Source: a virus (taxonomy: Duplodnaviria; Heunggongvirae; Uroviricota; Caudoviricetes). Taken from it: 44,333 nt of DNA. Under the pieces are notes generated by a model. It was not told the DNA's origin. It saw only the letters and a list, made by a program, of their open reading frames with translations, and made no database searches. The position numbers were made by a program, and so were the translations under genes. Positions 16,910 to 27,189 of this stretch are shown one piece after another. The stretch covers positions 1 through 44,333 of IMG/VR virus record IMGVR_UViG_2909246061_000002. One strand, given 5' to 3'. Numbering within the stretch: the first letter of the stretch is position 1; each line of letters begins with the position of its first letter.

Positions 16910-17428
16910 ATGGGCATAAGAGAACTAAACCTCACCAAAGAACAGCACGAGTGGCTGAATTGCTGGCTTGAACTGTGGGGCGCATGGGTTTATTCAGGTC
17001 GTCTGGAAAAGCGCATGAGCAGCGTAATAGCGAAGTTCATGGAGAGCGTAGAGCCGGGAAGAGTTATGACAAGGCCAATGTGCAATGATGATGATGGAAT
17101 GTTGATTTCTCAGGTCGTCGATTCCGTCATGTACATTGACAAGAAAGCCTTTGGCATCCTCCTCAGCTACTACGCTCATGGTTCATCTAAGCGAGCAATT
17201 GCATCCTACTATCACGCGACTGCAAAGCCACGCAAGATGTGTGGACGTGGTGGCGAGGGATGGAGAAAACCTTCACTGGCAACCTGTAGAAACGAAATTG
17301 ACGACATCCTGAAAGCGTCGTTATTTGTTTTGTACCAGCCAATGCAAAATGCTTTCAAAATGCGTAAACGTGTTGAGAAAGTTAAGCATGTTGCTGTTAA
17401 AAGCCTTGACATGCAATTATCCATTTAG
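16910..17428 (+). CDS. Q-like late antiterminator (start may instead be GTG 16853)
   Basis: Position before the lysis genes; motifs WGAWVYSG and RPMCNDDDGML resemble Q proteins of the phage 82/21 type as I recall them. Confidence 0.65.
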   Translation: MGIRELNLTKEQHEWLNCWLELWGAWVYSGRLEKRMSSVIAKFMESVEPGRVMTRPMCNDDDGMLISQVVDSVMYIDKKAFGILLSYYAHGSSKRAIASYYHATAKPRKMCGRGGEGWRKPSLATCRNEIDDILKASLFVLYQPMQNAFKMRKRVEKVKHVAVKSLDMQLSI

Positions 17429-17435
17429 CCATAAT
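17406..17435 (+). promoter_or_regulatory. candidate late promoter PR' (TTGACA, 18-bp spacer, CATAAT)
   Basis: Near-consensus sigma70 hexamers at the 3' end of the Q gene, where lambdoid late promoters lie. Confidence 0.4.
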
Positions 17436-17445
17436 TAGAAGGTAA

Positions 17446-17487
17446 GCTGCCGTTAGTGACTCTTAAGTTGCAACGGTGGCTTTTTTT
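17446..17487 (+). terminator. candidate tR'-like hairpin with T7 tract downstream of the late promoter
   Basis: Stem GCTGCCGTT/AACGGTGGC followed by TTTTTTT. Confidence 0.35.
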
Positions 17488-17937
17488 GTTTGCACAACAG
17501 GTAAGAGCATTGAACCCGCAGACCTCGCGGAATTGGTGAAAGGTGCCGCGCAGTGCTCTTATCGTTGTGGTGAAGCTCAATGGCGAGCTAGCAGATAGGC
17601 GACAGTGAAAATACTAGTCATGTAGCTGACCGCCGCGCGTACTGCAATCGGCAGCGCACCGATGGAAGCCGGTTCGATTCCGGCCGCCACAACCCAAACT
17701 GAGCCGTAGCCACTGGCTATCCTGAATTCATCAGTGATAGTTACGCTGCGGCCTTCTACACATGACCTTCGTGAAAGCGGGTGGCATGAGGTTGCGCTAA
17801 CAACCTCCTGCCGTTTTGCCCGTGCATATCGGTCACGAACAAATCTGATTACTAAACACAGTAGCCTGGATTTGTTCTATCAGTAACCGACCATATTCCT
17901 AATTAAATAGAGCAAATCCCCTTATTGGGGGTAAGAC

Positions 17938-18261
17938 ATGAAGATGCCAGAAAAAAATGACCTGTTAGCCGCCATTCTCGCGGCAAAGGAACAAGGCATC
18001 GGGGCAATCCTTGCGTTTGCAATGGCGTACCTTCGCGGCAGATATAATGGCGGTGCGTTTACAAAAACAGTAATCGACGCAACGATGTGCGCCATTATCG
18101 CCTGGTTCATTCGTGACCTTCTCGACTTCGCCGGACTAAGTAGCAATCTCGCTTATATAACGAGCGTGTTCATCGGCTACATCGGTACTGACTCGATTGG
18201 TTCGCTTATCAAACGCTTCGCTGCTAAAAAAGCCGGAGTAGAAGATGGTGGAAATCAATAA
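17938..18261 (+). CDS. S: class I holin, lambda S-like with MKM dual-start motif
   Basis: 107 aa; near-identical to lambda S as I recall it ([38 protein letters not shown]...). Confidence 0.9.
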   Translation: MKMPEKNDLLAAILAAKEQGIGAILAFAMAYLRGRYNGGAFTKTVIDATMCAIIAWFIRDLLDFAGLSSNLAYITSVFIGYIGTDSIGSLIKRFAAKKAGVEDGGNQ

Positions 18262-18721
18262 TCAACGTAAGGCGTTCCTCGATATGCTGGCATGGTCAGA
18301 GGGAACTGATAACGGACGTCAGAAAACCAGAAATCATGGTTATGACGTCATTGTAGGAGGAGAGCTATTCACTGATTACTCCGATCACCCTCGCAAACTT
18401 GTCACGCTAAACCCCAAACTCAAATCAACAGCCGCCGGACGCTACCAGCTTCTTTCCCGTTGGTGGGATGCCTATCGTAAGCAGCTTGGCCTGAAAGACT
18501 TCTCTCCGAAAAGCCAGGATGCGGTGGCATTGCAGCAGATTAAAGAGCGTGGCGCTTTACCGATGATTGATCGGGGTGATATTCGTCAGGCTATTGATCG
18601 TTGCAGCAATATTTGGGCTTCATTGCCCGGTGCTGGCTACGGTCAGTATGAACACAAGATCGATAGTCTGATTGCCAAATTCAAAGAAGCTGGCGGGGTG
18701 GTTAATGAAACTTCGCTATAA
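18245..18721 (+). CDS. R: endolysin, lambda R-like lytic transglycosylase
   Basis: 158 aa; near-identical to lambda R as I recall it. Confidence 0.9.
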   Translation: MVEINNQRKAFLDMLAWSEGTDNGRQKTRNHGYDVIVGGELFTDYSDHPRKLVTLNPKLKSTAAGRYQLLSRWWDAYRKQLGLKDFSPKSQDAVALQQIKERGALPMIDRGDIRQAIDRCSNIWASLPGAGYGQYEHKIDSLIAKFKEAGGVVNETSL

Positions 18722-19166
18722 GCTGGTTATTTCTGCTTTCCTCCTGACTTTATTCGGTTCTCTCGTCTGGTCAGCTAATCATTACCACAATAAAGCCATT
18801 GAATACAAAAAACAGCGCGACGAAAACGCTATGGCATTAGATTCGGCTATGGCGACGATCTCTGATATGCAGAAGCGTCAACGTGACGTAGCAGAACTCG
18901 ATGCCAGATATACAAAGGAGCTTGCTGATGCTAACGCGACTATCGAAAGTCTCCGTGCTGATGTTTCTGCTGGTCGTAAGCGCCTGCAAGTCGCCGCCAC
19001 CTGTGCAAAGTCAACGACCGGAGCCAGCAGCATGGGCGATGGAGAAAGCCCAGGACTTACAGCAGATGCTGAACTCAATTATTACCGTCTCCGAAGTGGA
19101 ATCGACAAGATAACCGCGCAGGTTAACTACCTGCAGGAGTACATCAGGACTCAGTGCCTGAAATAA
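18705..19166 (+). CDS. Rz: Rz-like i-spanin
   Basis: ATG at 18705; N-terminal TM followed by coiled-coil; similar to lambda Rz. Confidence 0.8.
   Translation: MKLRYKLVISAFLLTLFGSLVWSANHYHNKAIEYKKQRDENAMALDSAMATISDMQKRQRDVAELDARYTKELADANATIESLRADVSAGRKRLQVAATCAKSTTGASSMGDGESPGLTADAELNYYRLRSGIDKITAQVNYLQEYIRTQCLK
18928..19113 (+). CDS. Rz1: Rz1-like o-spanin lipoprotein embedded in Rz in another frame
   Basis: ATG at 18928 with AGGAG RBS; lipobox LVVSAC; proline-rich mature region. Confidence 0.7.
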   Translation: MLTRLSKVSVLMFLLVVSACKSPPPVQSQRPEPAAWAMEKAQDLQQMLNSIITVSEVESTR

Positions 19167-19197
19167 TTTTTTTGCAAATCACAAAGTCCATTTAATG

Positions 19198-19222
19198 AGC
19201 CTCGCGATGCGGGGCTTTTTTA
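19198..19222 (+). terminator. Rho-independent terminator after the lysis cassette
   Basis: 8-bp stem AGCCTCGC/GCGGGGCT, loop GAT, then TTTTT. Confidence 0.5.
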
Positions 19223-19369
19223 TGTCCGCAGTAAACGCGCATCTCACGCGCATATTACATCACCCGAGCCTTTCAGAAAGTTGAGCCTGAGAACTGCCGT
19301 ATATGGTGGCGACCATCTCGGGGCGGCTTTTCTGTGAGACAGGCTCACTTTCTAAAAGGTAAAGACGCT

Positions 19370-19891
19370 ATGAATATCGTTCCACTGAATTACAAAGGCG
19401 AACCTATCCGCTTCAATACTGATGGCTGGATTAATGCCACTGATATTGCAAAACGTTTCGGGAAGCGTCTGGATCACTGGTTGTCCAACGCTGAAACTCT
19501 CGAATACGTTAGAGCTCTGGATGAGGTTTATTCAGGTGAACCATCGAAAATTCTACATACCCGTGATTCCGGGTATGTAAAAACAAGCAAGGCACGAAAG
19601 GACAGGGGCGGCGGAACATGGCTGCATCCAAAGTTATCAGTTGCCTTTGCAAGATGGTGCGATCCGAAATTCTCCGTATGGTGCGACCTGCACATTGATA
19701 GTCTGCTTCGCGGTGAACTGACTGAGCAGCAGAAATATGAGCAAGCATGTCGCATTCGTGATGACCGGAAATCAAAAGCCAGCAATGGGGCAAGAGAGAT
19801 GGCTCGCTGGCGATGGGATAAGCCGGTTATTGAAGCAAATGTTGAGTACTGGCGCGAGCAACTGCAGTTGACTCTCGATATCGCGTGCTGA
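19370..19891 (+). CDS. KilA-N domain protein
   Basis: N-terminal KilA-N-like region (NATDIAKRFGKRLDHWL ... GGGTWLHPKLSVAFARW). Confidence 0.6.
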   Translation: MNIVPLNYKGEPIRFNTDGWINATDIAKRFGKRLDHWLSNAETLEYVRALDEVYSGEPSKILHTRDSGYVKTSKARKDRGGGTWLHPKLSVAFARWCDPKFSVWCDLHIDSLLRGELTEQQKYEQACRIRDDRKSKASNGAREMARWRWDKPVIEANVEYWREQLQLTLDIAC

Positions 19892-20179
19892 TGGCAAACG
19901 CAAAACTGCGTTATCGGAAAAATCAAAGCATTACGAGAACTGAGCAACGGCTATCCATTACAAAGCCCATCTACGGGTGGGCTTGATAATGAAACCGGAA
20001 TTTATTCTGGGCAACCAGTTACGGCAGTACCGCGAAACAACCCAAGCCAGTAAGTGGGGAAATAACACTGGCAGCCACTGAAAGATGAACCTCCTGCCTT
20101 ATGGCAAAAAAGATTCTTTGTGGTGGCGGACTGATGGAAAGACATCCTAATCAAGCAACCACTCCACAGGGTCATAATT

Positions 20180-20560
20180 ATGAACGACCAGCAAATCGAA
20201 AAAGAAATCGTTGAGAAAGGCAAAACCGCTCCGAGAATCACTCCGCAGCACATCGAAGACGTGATTAAAAGCGAGCATTACTTTACTGCTTATGATGGAC
20301 GTAATGGTGCCATTTCCAGCAACGAATATTGTGGCAGGGAAAAACCAGAAGAAGGCGATCGTGATTTATCACCATTGAAGTTGCTCACTTTCTGCGTACT
20401 GGTGCTGAAGAATGGCTTCACCGTCACCGGAGAGAGTGCCTGTGCAAGCCAGGAAAACTTTGATGCAGAAATTGGTCGGAAGATTGCCCGGCAAAATGCT
20501 GTAAACAAAATCTGGATGCTCGAAGGTTACTTGCTGAAGCAGAAGCTAAGCGAACAGTAG
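20180..20560 (+). CDS. hypothetical phage protein (Gp49-like family by recollection)
   Basis: 126-aa ORF between lysis and packaging genes; weak RBS. Confidence 0.45.
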   Translation: MNDQQIEKEIVEKGKTAPRITPQHIEDVIKSEHYFTAYDGRNGAISSNEYCGREKPEEGDRDLSPLKLLTFCVLVLKNGFTVTGESACASQENFDAEIGRKIARQNAVNKIWMLEGYLLKQKLSEQ

Positions 20561-20663
20561 TTATTACAAAAGCCATTCCCTACAGAGTGGCTTTGATAAT
20601 GGCTTATACCCTACACGGGATAACTTAACTGATATCCCTTTTAACGGATAAACGGAGCCAACA

Positions 20664-21161
20664 ATGGCAAAGCTCACAGACAAACAAGAGCTGTTTGCCC
20701 ATCCGGATGATGTGTATGTCGGAGAGTGTGTGATTTATACCGGCTACATAAATAAGCGAGGGTATGGGCAGAAGCACATTTCACGAAAGCCGCACTACGC
20801 ACATCGAATCGCATACTGCGAAGCTAACGGAATTTCGCTAGATAGCATCAAGGACCTGGTTGTTAGGCATAAATGCGATAATCCATCATGCGTGAATCCT
20901 GACCATCTGATTATAGGTACTGTCGCTGACAATAATCGTGACAGGTCAAGGCGAGGCAGAAACTCATACCCTGACCGTTCAGGTGAAAAGAACGGAATGG
21001 CGAAATTAAAAGAGTGCGATGTCATCTGCATTCGCCGCGAGTATGTGCGCGGGAGTGTAGGTAATGGGCTTAGGTCTTTAGCAAAGAGATATGGCGTATC
21101 CACTACCATGATTGCTGACATCGTTAATCATAGAAATTGGAGCAATGTTTCGGAGGTGTGA
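20664..21161 (+). CDS. HNH endonuclease (terminase-associated type)
   Basis: 165 aa; HNH-like motif VRHKCDNPSCVNPDHLIIGTVADNNRD; immediately upstream of the terminase small subunit. Confidence 0.75.
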   Translation: MAKLTDKQELFAHPDDVYVGECVIYTGYINKRGYGQKHISRKPHYAHRIAYCEANGISLDSIKDLVVRHKCDNPSCVNPDHLIIGTVADNNRDRSRRGRNSYPDRSGEKNGMAKLKECDVICIRREYVRGSVGNGLRSLAKRYGVSTTMIADIVNHRNWSNVSEV

Positions 21162-21162
21162 T

Positions 21163-21717
21163 TTGAAACAGCTCACACCTAAGCAGGAACTGTTCTGCAG
21201 GGAATATTTAAAAGATTTAAACGCCACTCAGGCAGCTATCAGGGCGGGTTACAGCGAGAAAACTGCTCGCGCCACTGGTAGCGAGAACCTGTCAAAACCT
21301 GACATAGCAGATCGCATTGCTGAGCTAAAGGCTGAACGCAATGAAGAGGTAGGTATAGACGCTGCCTATGTATTGCGACGGCTGACTGAAATCGATCAGA
21401 TGGACGTGCTTGACATTCTGCTTGCCAATGGCGAACTGAAGCCGATTAAAGACTGGCCTAAGGTGTGGCGTACAACGCTATCAGGAATGGATGTCGTCGA
21501 GATGGCATCAGCAGATAGTGCTGCTCTCCTGAAGAAAATCAAATGGCCTGATAAGGTTAAAAACCTTGAGTTGCTCGGGCGTCATGTTTCTGTTCAGGCG
21601 TTTAAAGACAATGTCAAAAATGAAGTGACTGGTGCTGACGGAGGACCAGTCAGAACAGAAATTACCAACTTAACGCCGGAGCAGGCTGCAGAAGCGTATA
21701 AAAAAATGATGGGCTAA
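21163..21717 (+). CDS. terminase small subunit (start uncertain; TTG 21163 with GGAGG RBS, or ATG 21145)
   Basis: N-terminal [13 protein letters not shown] motif typical of Terminase_2-type small subunits. Confidence 0.7.
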   Translation: MKQLTPKQELFCREYLKDLNATQAAIRAGYSEKTARATGSENLSKPDIADRIAELKAERNEEVGIDAAYVLRRLTEIDQMDVLDILLANGELKPIKDWPKVWRTTLSGMDVVEMASADSAALLKKIKWPDKVKNLELLGRHVSVQAFKDNVKNEVTGADGGPVRTEITNLTPEQAAEAYKKMMG

Positions 21718-21719
21718 GT

Positions 21720-23342
21720 ATGCCGTTACCATTTCCCTTCGATTTTAAACATCCTGATTACCAGATGGTTTTTGAATGGCGGATGGAACGCCTACAGCGC
21801 ATTCGCCAGAATCCTGAAATATTGCCTGCACTAAAACAGTTTTACCGAACCAATCCGGCTCAGTTCATCATCGACTGGGGCATGACAACGGACCCGCGTA
21901 ATATTGATTATGGCCTGCCGGTGACCATTCCGTTTTTACTCTTCCCTAAGCAGGAGGAGTGGATCCACTGGATTATGGAACGCTGGGGCAATCGGGAGAA
22001 TGGTATTACCGAAAAATCCCGTGAAATGGGGCTCAGTTGGACCGCGATCGGACTGGCCTGCTCGCTTTGTCTCTTCAACAAAGAAATGGTTATCGGTTTC
22101 GGCTCCCGTAAAGAGGAATACGTCGACAGCACTGGTGACCCGAAAGCATTGTTCTGGAAGGCACGCAAGTTCGTGGAAACGCTACCTGTAGAGTTTCGCG
22201 GTTCGTGGAGCGAGAAGAAGCACGCGCCATATATGCGTGTTGAGTTTCCTGAAACTGGTGCCGTTATCAAAGGCGAGGCTGGCGATAATATTGGTCGTGG
22301 TGACCGTACCACGCTTTATCTGGTTGATGAGGCTGCATTCCTTCAGCGTCCTCTGCTGATTGATGCGGCGTTGTCACAAACGACGCGTTGCCGTATCGAC
22401 CTGAGTTCAGTTAACGGCATGGCTAACCCGTTCGCTCAGAAGCGTCATGGCGGGAAGATACCGGTATTCACATTCCACTGGCGGGATGATCCTCGCAAGG
22501 ATGAAGAGTGGTATCGCAGGGAATGCGAGAAAATCGATAATCCGGTGGTGGTGGCACAGGAACTTGATCTGAACTACAGCGCATCAGCGGAAGGCGTCCT
22601 GATTCCATCCGAATGGGTACAGGCTGCCGTTGATGCACATATCAAACTGGGTATCCAGCCAACAGGCAAACGACTTGGCGCGATGGATGTCGCTGATGAA
22701 GGCAGGGACAAAAATGCCTTTTCCACCCGTCATGGCTTCCTCCTGGAAAATGTGCGGGAATGGTCTGGTGTGGGCAGCGACATTTATCAGTCCGTCGAGA
22801 AGGTCTTCGGTTTTTGCGAACAGGACAACCTCGAAGAGTTTCGCTTTGACGAGGACGGGTTGGGCGCTGGCGTTCGCGGCGATGCACGCGCTATCAACGA
22901 ACTGCGTAACGCTGCGCGCCGACCGTCAATACTCGCCACACCGTTTCGAGGTAGTGGCGCGGTATTTGATCCGGACGACGAAGCGGTGCGCGGTGACAAC
23001 GGACAGGCCGCCCGCCTGAACAAGGACTTCTTCGCTAACGCCAAAGCCCAGAGCTGGTGGCGGTTACGTAAACTTTTTCAGAATACCTGGCGCGCCGTGG
23101 TTGAAGGTATGGATTACAACCCGGACGAAATCATCTCAATCAGCAGTAGCATGGCACTCAAAGATAAACTCATCATCGAGCTTTCGCAGCCGACCTATTC
23201 CATTAATGGTGTGGGAAAAATCGTTATTGATAAACAGCCTGATGGAACCCGGTCGCCAAACCTTGCCGACTCGGTGATGATCAGCTACGCGCCAATGAAT
23301 TCAGCCCTGAACATCTGGGAGCTGCTAGGGAGACAGGCCTGA
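21720..23342 (+). CDS. terminase large subunit
   Basis: 540 aa; position between small subunit and portal; Walker B-like LYLVDEAAF. Confidence 0.7.
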   Translation: MPLPFPFDFKHPDYQMVFEWRMERLQRIRQNPEILPALKQFYRTNPAQFIIDWGMTTDPRNIDYGLPVTIPFLLFPKQEEWIHWIMERWGNRENGITEKSREMGLSWTAIGLACSLCLFNKEMVIGFGSRKEEYVDSTGDPKALFWKARKFVETLPVEFRGSWSEKKHAPYMRVEFPETGAVIKGEAGDNIGRGDRTTLYLVDEAAFLQRPLLIDAALSQTTRCRIDLSSVNGMANPFAQKRHGGKIPVFTFHWRDDPRKDEEWYRRECEKIDNPVVVAQELDLNYSASAEGVLIPSEWVQAAVDAHIKLGIQPTGKRLGAMDVADEGRDKNAFSTRHGFLLENVREWSGVGSDIYQSVEKVFGFCEQDNLEEFRFDEDGLGAGVRGDARAINELRNAARRPSILATPFRGSGAVFDPDDEAVRGDNGQAARLNKDFFANAKAQSWWRLRKLFQNTWRAVVEGMDYNPDEIISISSSMALKDKLIIELSQPTYSINGVGKIVIDKQPDGTRSPNLADSVMISYAPMNSALNIWELLGRQA

Positions 23343-24808
23343 TGGCACGAAACAAACAAGCCCTGCGGAGAACTGCGCAGGCCACCGCTGATGGCTATGA
23401 GAACTTTGTCGCCCGCGTGGGGATGCAGACGCCTAACCAGCACTCAGCATCGACCTACCGGGCGAACTTCACCAGCCGCAACCGCATGCTGGTGGAATGG
23501 TCATATCGCGGATCGTGGGTTATCGGCGAAGCGGTCGACGCTATCCCGGATGATATGACCCGCAAAGGCATTCGCATCACTTCGGAAATTGATGCAAAAG
23601 ATCGCGGCATTCTCGAATCACAACTGGATGAGTTGCAAATCTGGGATGCGCTGAACGACGTGCTGAAATGGTCGCGTCTCTACGGCGGCGCGGTGGGTTT
23701 CATCATGATTGAGGGGCAGGCACCAATGACCCCGCTGCGGCTCGAAACCATTGGAGAAGGCAAGTTTAAGGGCATTCTCCCGCTCGACCGCTGGATGATC
23801 AACCCGGTCCTGACCCGCCGCATTAAAGAGATGGGGCCAGATCTCGGCAAACCTGAGTTTTACGACGTGGTGACCACTGCAACGGGCATCCCGGCCTGGC
23901 GCATCCATCACAGCCGCCTGATTCGCTTCGATGGCGTCACGCTGCCATTCCAGCAGAAGATGACCGAGAACGAATGGGGAATGTCGGTTGTAGAGCGAAT
24001 CTGGGATCGGCTTACTGCGTTCGACAGCGCCACTGTCGGCGCGGCTCAGCTGGTCTACAAAGCGCATCTGCGCACCTACAGCGTGGAGAAGCTGCGCGAG
24101 ATTATCGCGCTTGGTGGCCCAGCTTTCGAAGCGTTGCTGAAGAACATCGACCTGATCCGCCAGTTCCAGAGCAATGAAGGCATGACGCTCATGGACTCGC
24201 GGGATAAGTTTGAAACGCATCAGTACAGCTTCAGTGGTCTGGATGACATCCTATCGCAGTTTGCAGAACAGATTAGTGGCGCTGTTGGTATTCCACTGGT
24301 GCGGTTGTTCGGACAGTCCCCGAAAGGATTTTCCACCGGTGATGCAGATCTTGCCAACTATTACGACCGGGTGAGCTCATTGCAGGAGCGCCGCTTACGG
24401 ATGCCGATGCGCCGGATACTGGACATTATGCACCGCTCGGAACTCGGTAAGCCGCTGCCGGACGATTTCACGTTTGAGTTTAACCCGCTCTGGCAAATGT
24501 CTGATGTCGATCGCTCAACGGTGGCGTTAAACACTACCAACGCAATCAGTACGGCGCTGGGTGATGGTCTGATGACACTGAAAGCCGCTATGACCGATTT
24601 GCGCGAAAATTCTGACGTAACCGGCATCGGGGCATCCATTACCGACGAGGACATAGAGAATGCCGAAGACGAAGCGCCGCCAGGCATCGGCGAACTTGGC
24701 GACAAACCGCCAGAGTCGCCAGGCGGAGATCCGATATCGAACGAGCCTACGGCAGATAGCGCGGGCGGTCGGGGATATCGTAAATGGTCGCTACGATGGT
24801 TCAAATGA
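23342..24808 (+). CDS. portal protein
   Basis: 488 aa; position after the large terminase; acidic C-terminus. Confidence 0.7.
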   Translation: MARNKQALRRTAQATADGYENFVARVGMQTPNQHSASTYRANFTSRNRMLVEWSYRGSWVIGEAVDAIPDDMTRKGIRITSEIDAKDRGILESQLDELQIWDALNDVLKWSRLYGGAVGFIMIEGQAPMTPLRLETIGEGKFKGILPLDRWMINPVLTRRIKEMGPDLGKPEFYDVVTTATGIPAWRIHHSRLIRFDGVTLPFQQKMTENEWGMSVVERIWDRLTAFDSATVGAAQLVYKAHLRTYSVEKLREIIALGGPAFEALLKNIDLIRQFQSNEGMTLMDSRDKFETHQYSFSGLDDILSQFAEQISGAVGIPLVRLFGQSPKGFSTGDADLANYYDRVSSLQERRLRMPMRRILDIMHRSELGKPLPDDFTFEFNPLWQMSDVDRSTVALNTTNAISTALGDGLMTLKAAMTDLRENSDVTGIGASITDEDIENAEDEAPPGIGELGDKPPESPGGDPISNEPTADSAGGRGYRKWSLRWFK

Positions 24809-25433
24809 CAGTGTCACCGAAATAATGGATGCGCTGGAGCGCTACAGCGAAATCATCACCCCCTGGGCGACGAAGGTTGCTGAGAACTTTACCGCCGACA
24901 TTGCGCGCCAGAATGAAAAGCAGTGGCGTCAGCACAGCAGGAACATCAGCGCAGAGCTGCGCAACATGGTCGACCGCGCCCCGGTAGGCCAGGTGATGAA
25001 ATCCATCGTCGCCGAGCAAATTAAGTACATCAAGTCACTGCCTCTTGAGGCCGCCGATCGGGTATATGACATTCAGAACAAAGCCATCGAGGCTGTTGTG
25101 ACTGGTGGCCGCGCTGAGCCATTCGCGAAAGAGATAGCTGCGTCCGGTGACGTGTCACGCTCACGAGCGAACCTTATCGCCCGTACTGAACTTGGACGTG
25201 CAACCGGCGCGCTCGATCAGGCGCGTGCGCTGTCAATCGGTTCGAATGGTTATATCTGGCGTACAGCCGAAGATGGCGACGTCCGGCATTCTCATCGGGA
25301 GATGGAAGGTAAGTTTGTCGAATGGGGCAAACCTCCAACGCTTGATGGCATGACCGGTCACGCTGGCGAGCTCCCGAATTGTCGCTGTTATAAAGAAATC
25401 GTTTTTCCCAACCCTCATTCTTATCTCGCCTGA
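24660..25433 (+). CDS. head morphogenesis protein (Mu F / SPP1 gp7-like); start uncertain
   Basis: C-terminal motif RTAEDGDVRHSHREMEGKFVEWG...CRCY typical of F-like minor head proteins; overlaps the portal 3' end. Confidence 0.65.
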   Translation: MPKTKRRQASANLATNRQSRQAEIRYRTSLRQIARAVGDIVNGRYDGSNDSVTEIMDALERYSEIITPWATKVAENFTADIARQNEKQWRQHSRNISAELRNMVDRAPVGQVMKSIVAEQIKYIKSLPLEAADRVYDIQNKAIEAVVTGGRAEPFAKEIAASGDVSRSRANLIARTELGRATGALDQARALSIGSNGYIWRTAEDGDVRHSHREMEGKFVEWGKPPTLDGMTGHAGELPNCRCYKEIVFPNPHSYLA

Positions 25434-25447
25434 ATCGCAGGTAAACC

Positions 25448-26668
25448 ATGAAATATTTTTTCAATACCAGGCTGGGGGAAACCCGCTATCAGCTGGCTGA
25501 CGGCTCGCTGCTGTGTAAAGACGTGCCGATAGGTCGAACGGGTAAGCAGCTCTATGGTGCTGATGACCTGCCAAAACTGAAACCCGATAAGTTCGGTGAA
25601 ATAGTCGTCACGCGTTCTCCTGAGCAGGTATTCCATCCCGCCACGCTTGCCTCATTCGAAGGAATGAGTATCACGATCCTGCATCCTGAAGATGAAAACG
25701 GGAATGTGCGGCTGGTAAATCCCGAGAACTGGAAAGAGCTTGCTGTCGGGCACCTCCAGAATGTCCGGCGCGGGACGGGTGAGCAGTCTGATTTGATGCT
25801 GGCTGACCTTATCGTCAAAGACGAAAACGCCATTCAGCTTATCGAAGATGGCCTGCGCGAAGTGTCGTGCGGCTATGACGCGGAGTATGAGCAGACCGAG
25901 CCAGGTAAAGCCGGGCAGGTCGATATTACCGGAAACCATGTGGCTCTTGTCCCTAAAGGCAGAGCCGGAAATCGTTGTGCAATTGGAGACAGAGACACAA
26001 TGGCAAATCAAAAGAAAAGCTGGTGGACCCGCATGCGCACGGCCATCAAAACGGGTGACGCTGACACCATGAACGAACTGGTGGAGTCGGCTCCCGCATC
26101 GGTTACAGGAGATGAGGGGGATTTGCCGCAGGGCGTTAATCTCAACATCAACCTGTCCCCGCAGCAACCGCTACCGGACAAAGCACCAGAGATGGGCGGA
26201 GGTCCAACCGGCGACAGTGGTGATGACCTCAAAACATTACTGAAAGCCCTGCTGGCTAAGCTGGAAGGAAATGCCACGGGCGATAACGATAATAAGCCTG
26301 ACGATAATCCGACCGGTGACGGCGAGGACGATGAAGAGGAAACCACGATTACTGGTGACTCAGCCTGGCGTGCCGAAGTTATCGTTCCGGGTATTGATCT
26401 GAGCCGTAAGATGAAACCGACCGCGTTCAAACGTGAGGTTCTGGCTTCTGCTGACAAAACGCTGGTTCGCCAGATAGTCGGTGATGCGGATATCCGCAAA
26501 TTGCCGAAACAATCGGTCGACATGGCGTTTAATGCCGTGTCTGAGATTGCCAAAGGGCGAAACACCCGCGCCACCACCGGCGATGCACAGCGCCCAAATA
26601 TGGGCATGACCAGTATCGCTTTCCTGAACAAACAAAACGCTGAATTCTGGGCAAACCGTAAAGGGTAA
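25448..26668 (+). CDS. prohead scaffold/core protein
   Basis: 406 aa with acidic low-complexity C-terminal half; position before the capsid genes. Confidence 0.5.
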   Translation: MKYFFNTRLGETRYQLADGSLLCKDVPIGRTGKQLYGADDLPKLKPDKFGEIVVTRSPEQVFHPATLASFEGMSITILHPEDENGNVRLVNPENWKELAVGHLQNVRRGTGEQSDLMLADLIVKDENAIQLIEDGLREVSCGYDAEYEQTEPGKAGQVDITGNHVALVPKGRAGNRCAIGDRDTMANQKKSWWTRMRTAIKTGDADTMNELVESAPASVTGDEGDLPQGVNLNINLSPQQPLPDKAPEMGGGPTGDSGDDLKTLLKALLAKLEGNATGDNDNKPDDNPTGDGEDDEEETTITGDSAWRAEVIVPGIDLSRKMKPTAFKREVLASADKTLVRQIVGDADIRKLPKQSVDMAFNAVSEIAKGRNTRATTGDAQRPNMGMTSIAFLNKQNAEFWANRKG

Positions 26669-26671
26669 AAA

Positions 26672-27178
26672 ATGAATAATGTATTTCTGTACCGGATGCC
26701 TGTTGGCATTGCCGGGGCTGTCTCTCGCCCGCAGGACTTAACCGTCGAACCGGTGGTCCTTAAATCCGATAACGCCTTTGCTGCCTATGGGCTGGCTGGT
26801 AAATACGATGATGACGGTTTTTTCGTGCCGCTGGCAGATGGTGATACCGCAGACAAGGTGAAGGGGATCTATGTGCGCCCTTATCCGACCACGTCGCAGC
26901 CGGACATGGTTCGCCAGGTGGGGAGTGGCAAGAACTTCCCGGGCGACGCAATGAAGCGTGGCTACGTGACCGTTAATCTCGGTTCTGATTTTGATGCCAG
27001 CACCATCAAAAAAGGCGACCCGGTATACGTTGTCGTCTCCACTGATGAATCCATCAAAGTGCCGCTGGGTGGATTCATGTCCACGTCAGTCAGTGGCAAA
27101 AATGTGGTGCTGACCAACGCTGAATTCACAGGTGCCGGTGATGCTGACGGCAATGCAGAAATTTCCTGGAAGATTTAA
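26672..27178 (+). CDS. head structural/decoration-like protein
   Basis: 168 aa immediately upstream of the major capsid gene. Confidence 0.45.
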   Translation: MNNVFLYRMPVGIAGAVSRPQDLTVEPVVLKSDNAFAAYGLAGKYDDDGFFVPLADGDTADKVKGIYVRPYPTTSQPDMVRQVGSGKNFPGDAMKRGYVTVNLGSDFDASTIKKGDPVYVVVSTDESIKVPLGGFMSTSVSGKNVVLTNAEFTGAGDADGNAEISWKI

Positions 27179-27189
27179 GGAACAGACGA

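Noticed and set aside
17566-17695. Complete canonical tRNA gene downstream of Q
   Set aside because: T-arm and acceptor-like 3' end are present, but no 5-bp anticodon stem with a 7-nt loop can be formed, and the best acceptor pairing implies an impossible 127-nt length.
20002-20253. Minus-strand 83-aa Cys/Trp-rich ORF
   Set aside because: No RBS, atypical composition, and it overlaps the start of a plus-strand gene.
21908-26709. Numerous antisense or alternate-frame ORFs within terminase, portal and head genes
   Set aside because: They are embedded in long, well-supported structural genes and have Arg/Ser/Pro-rich translations typical of off-frame GC-rich sequence.
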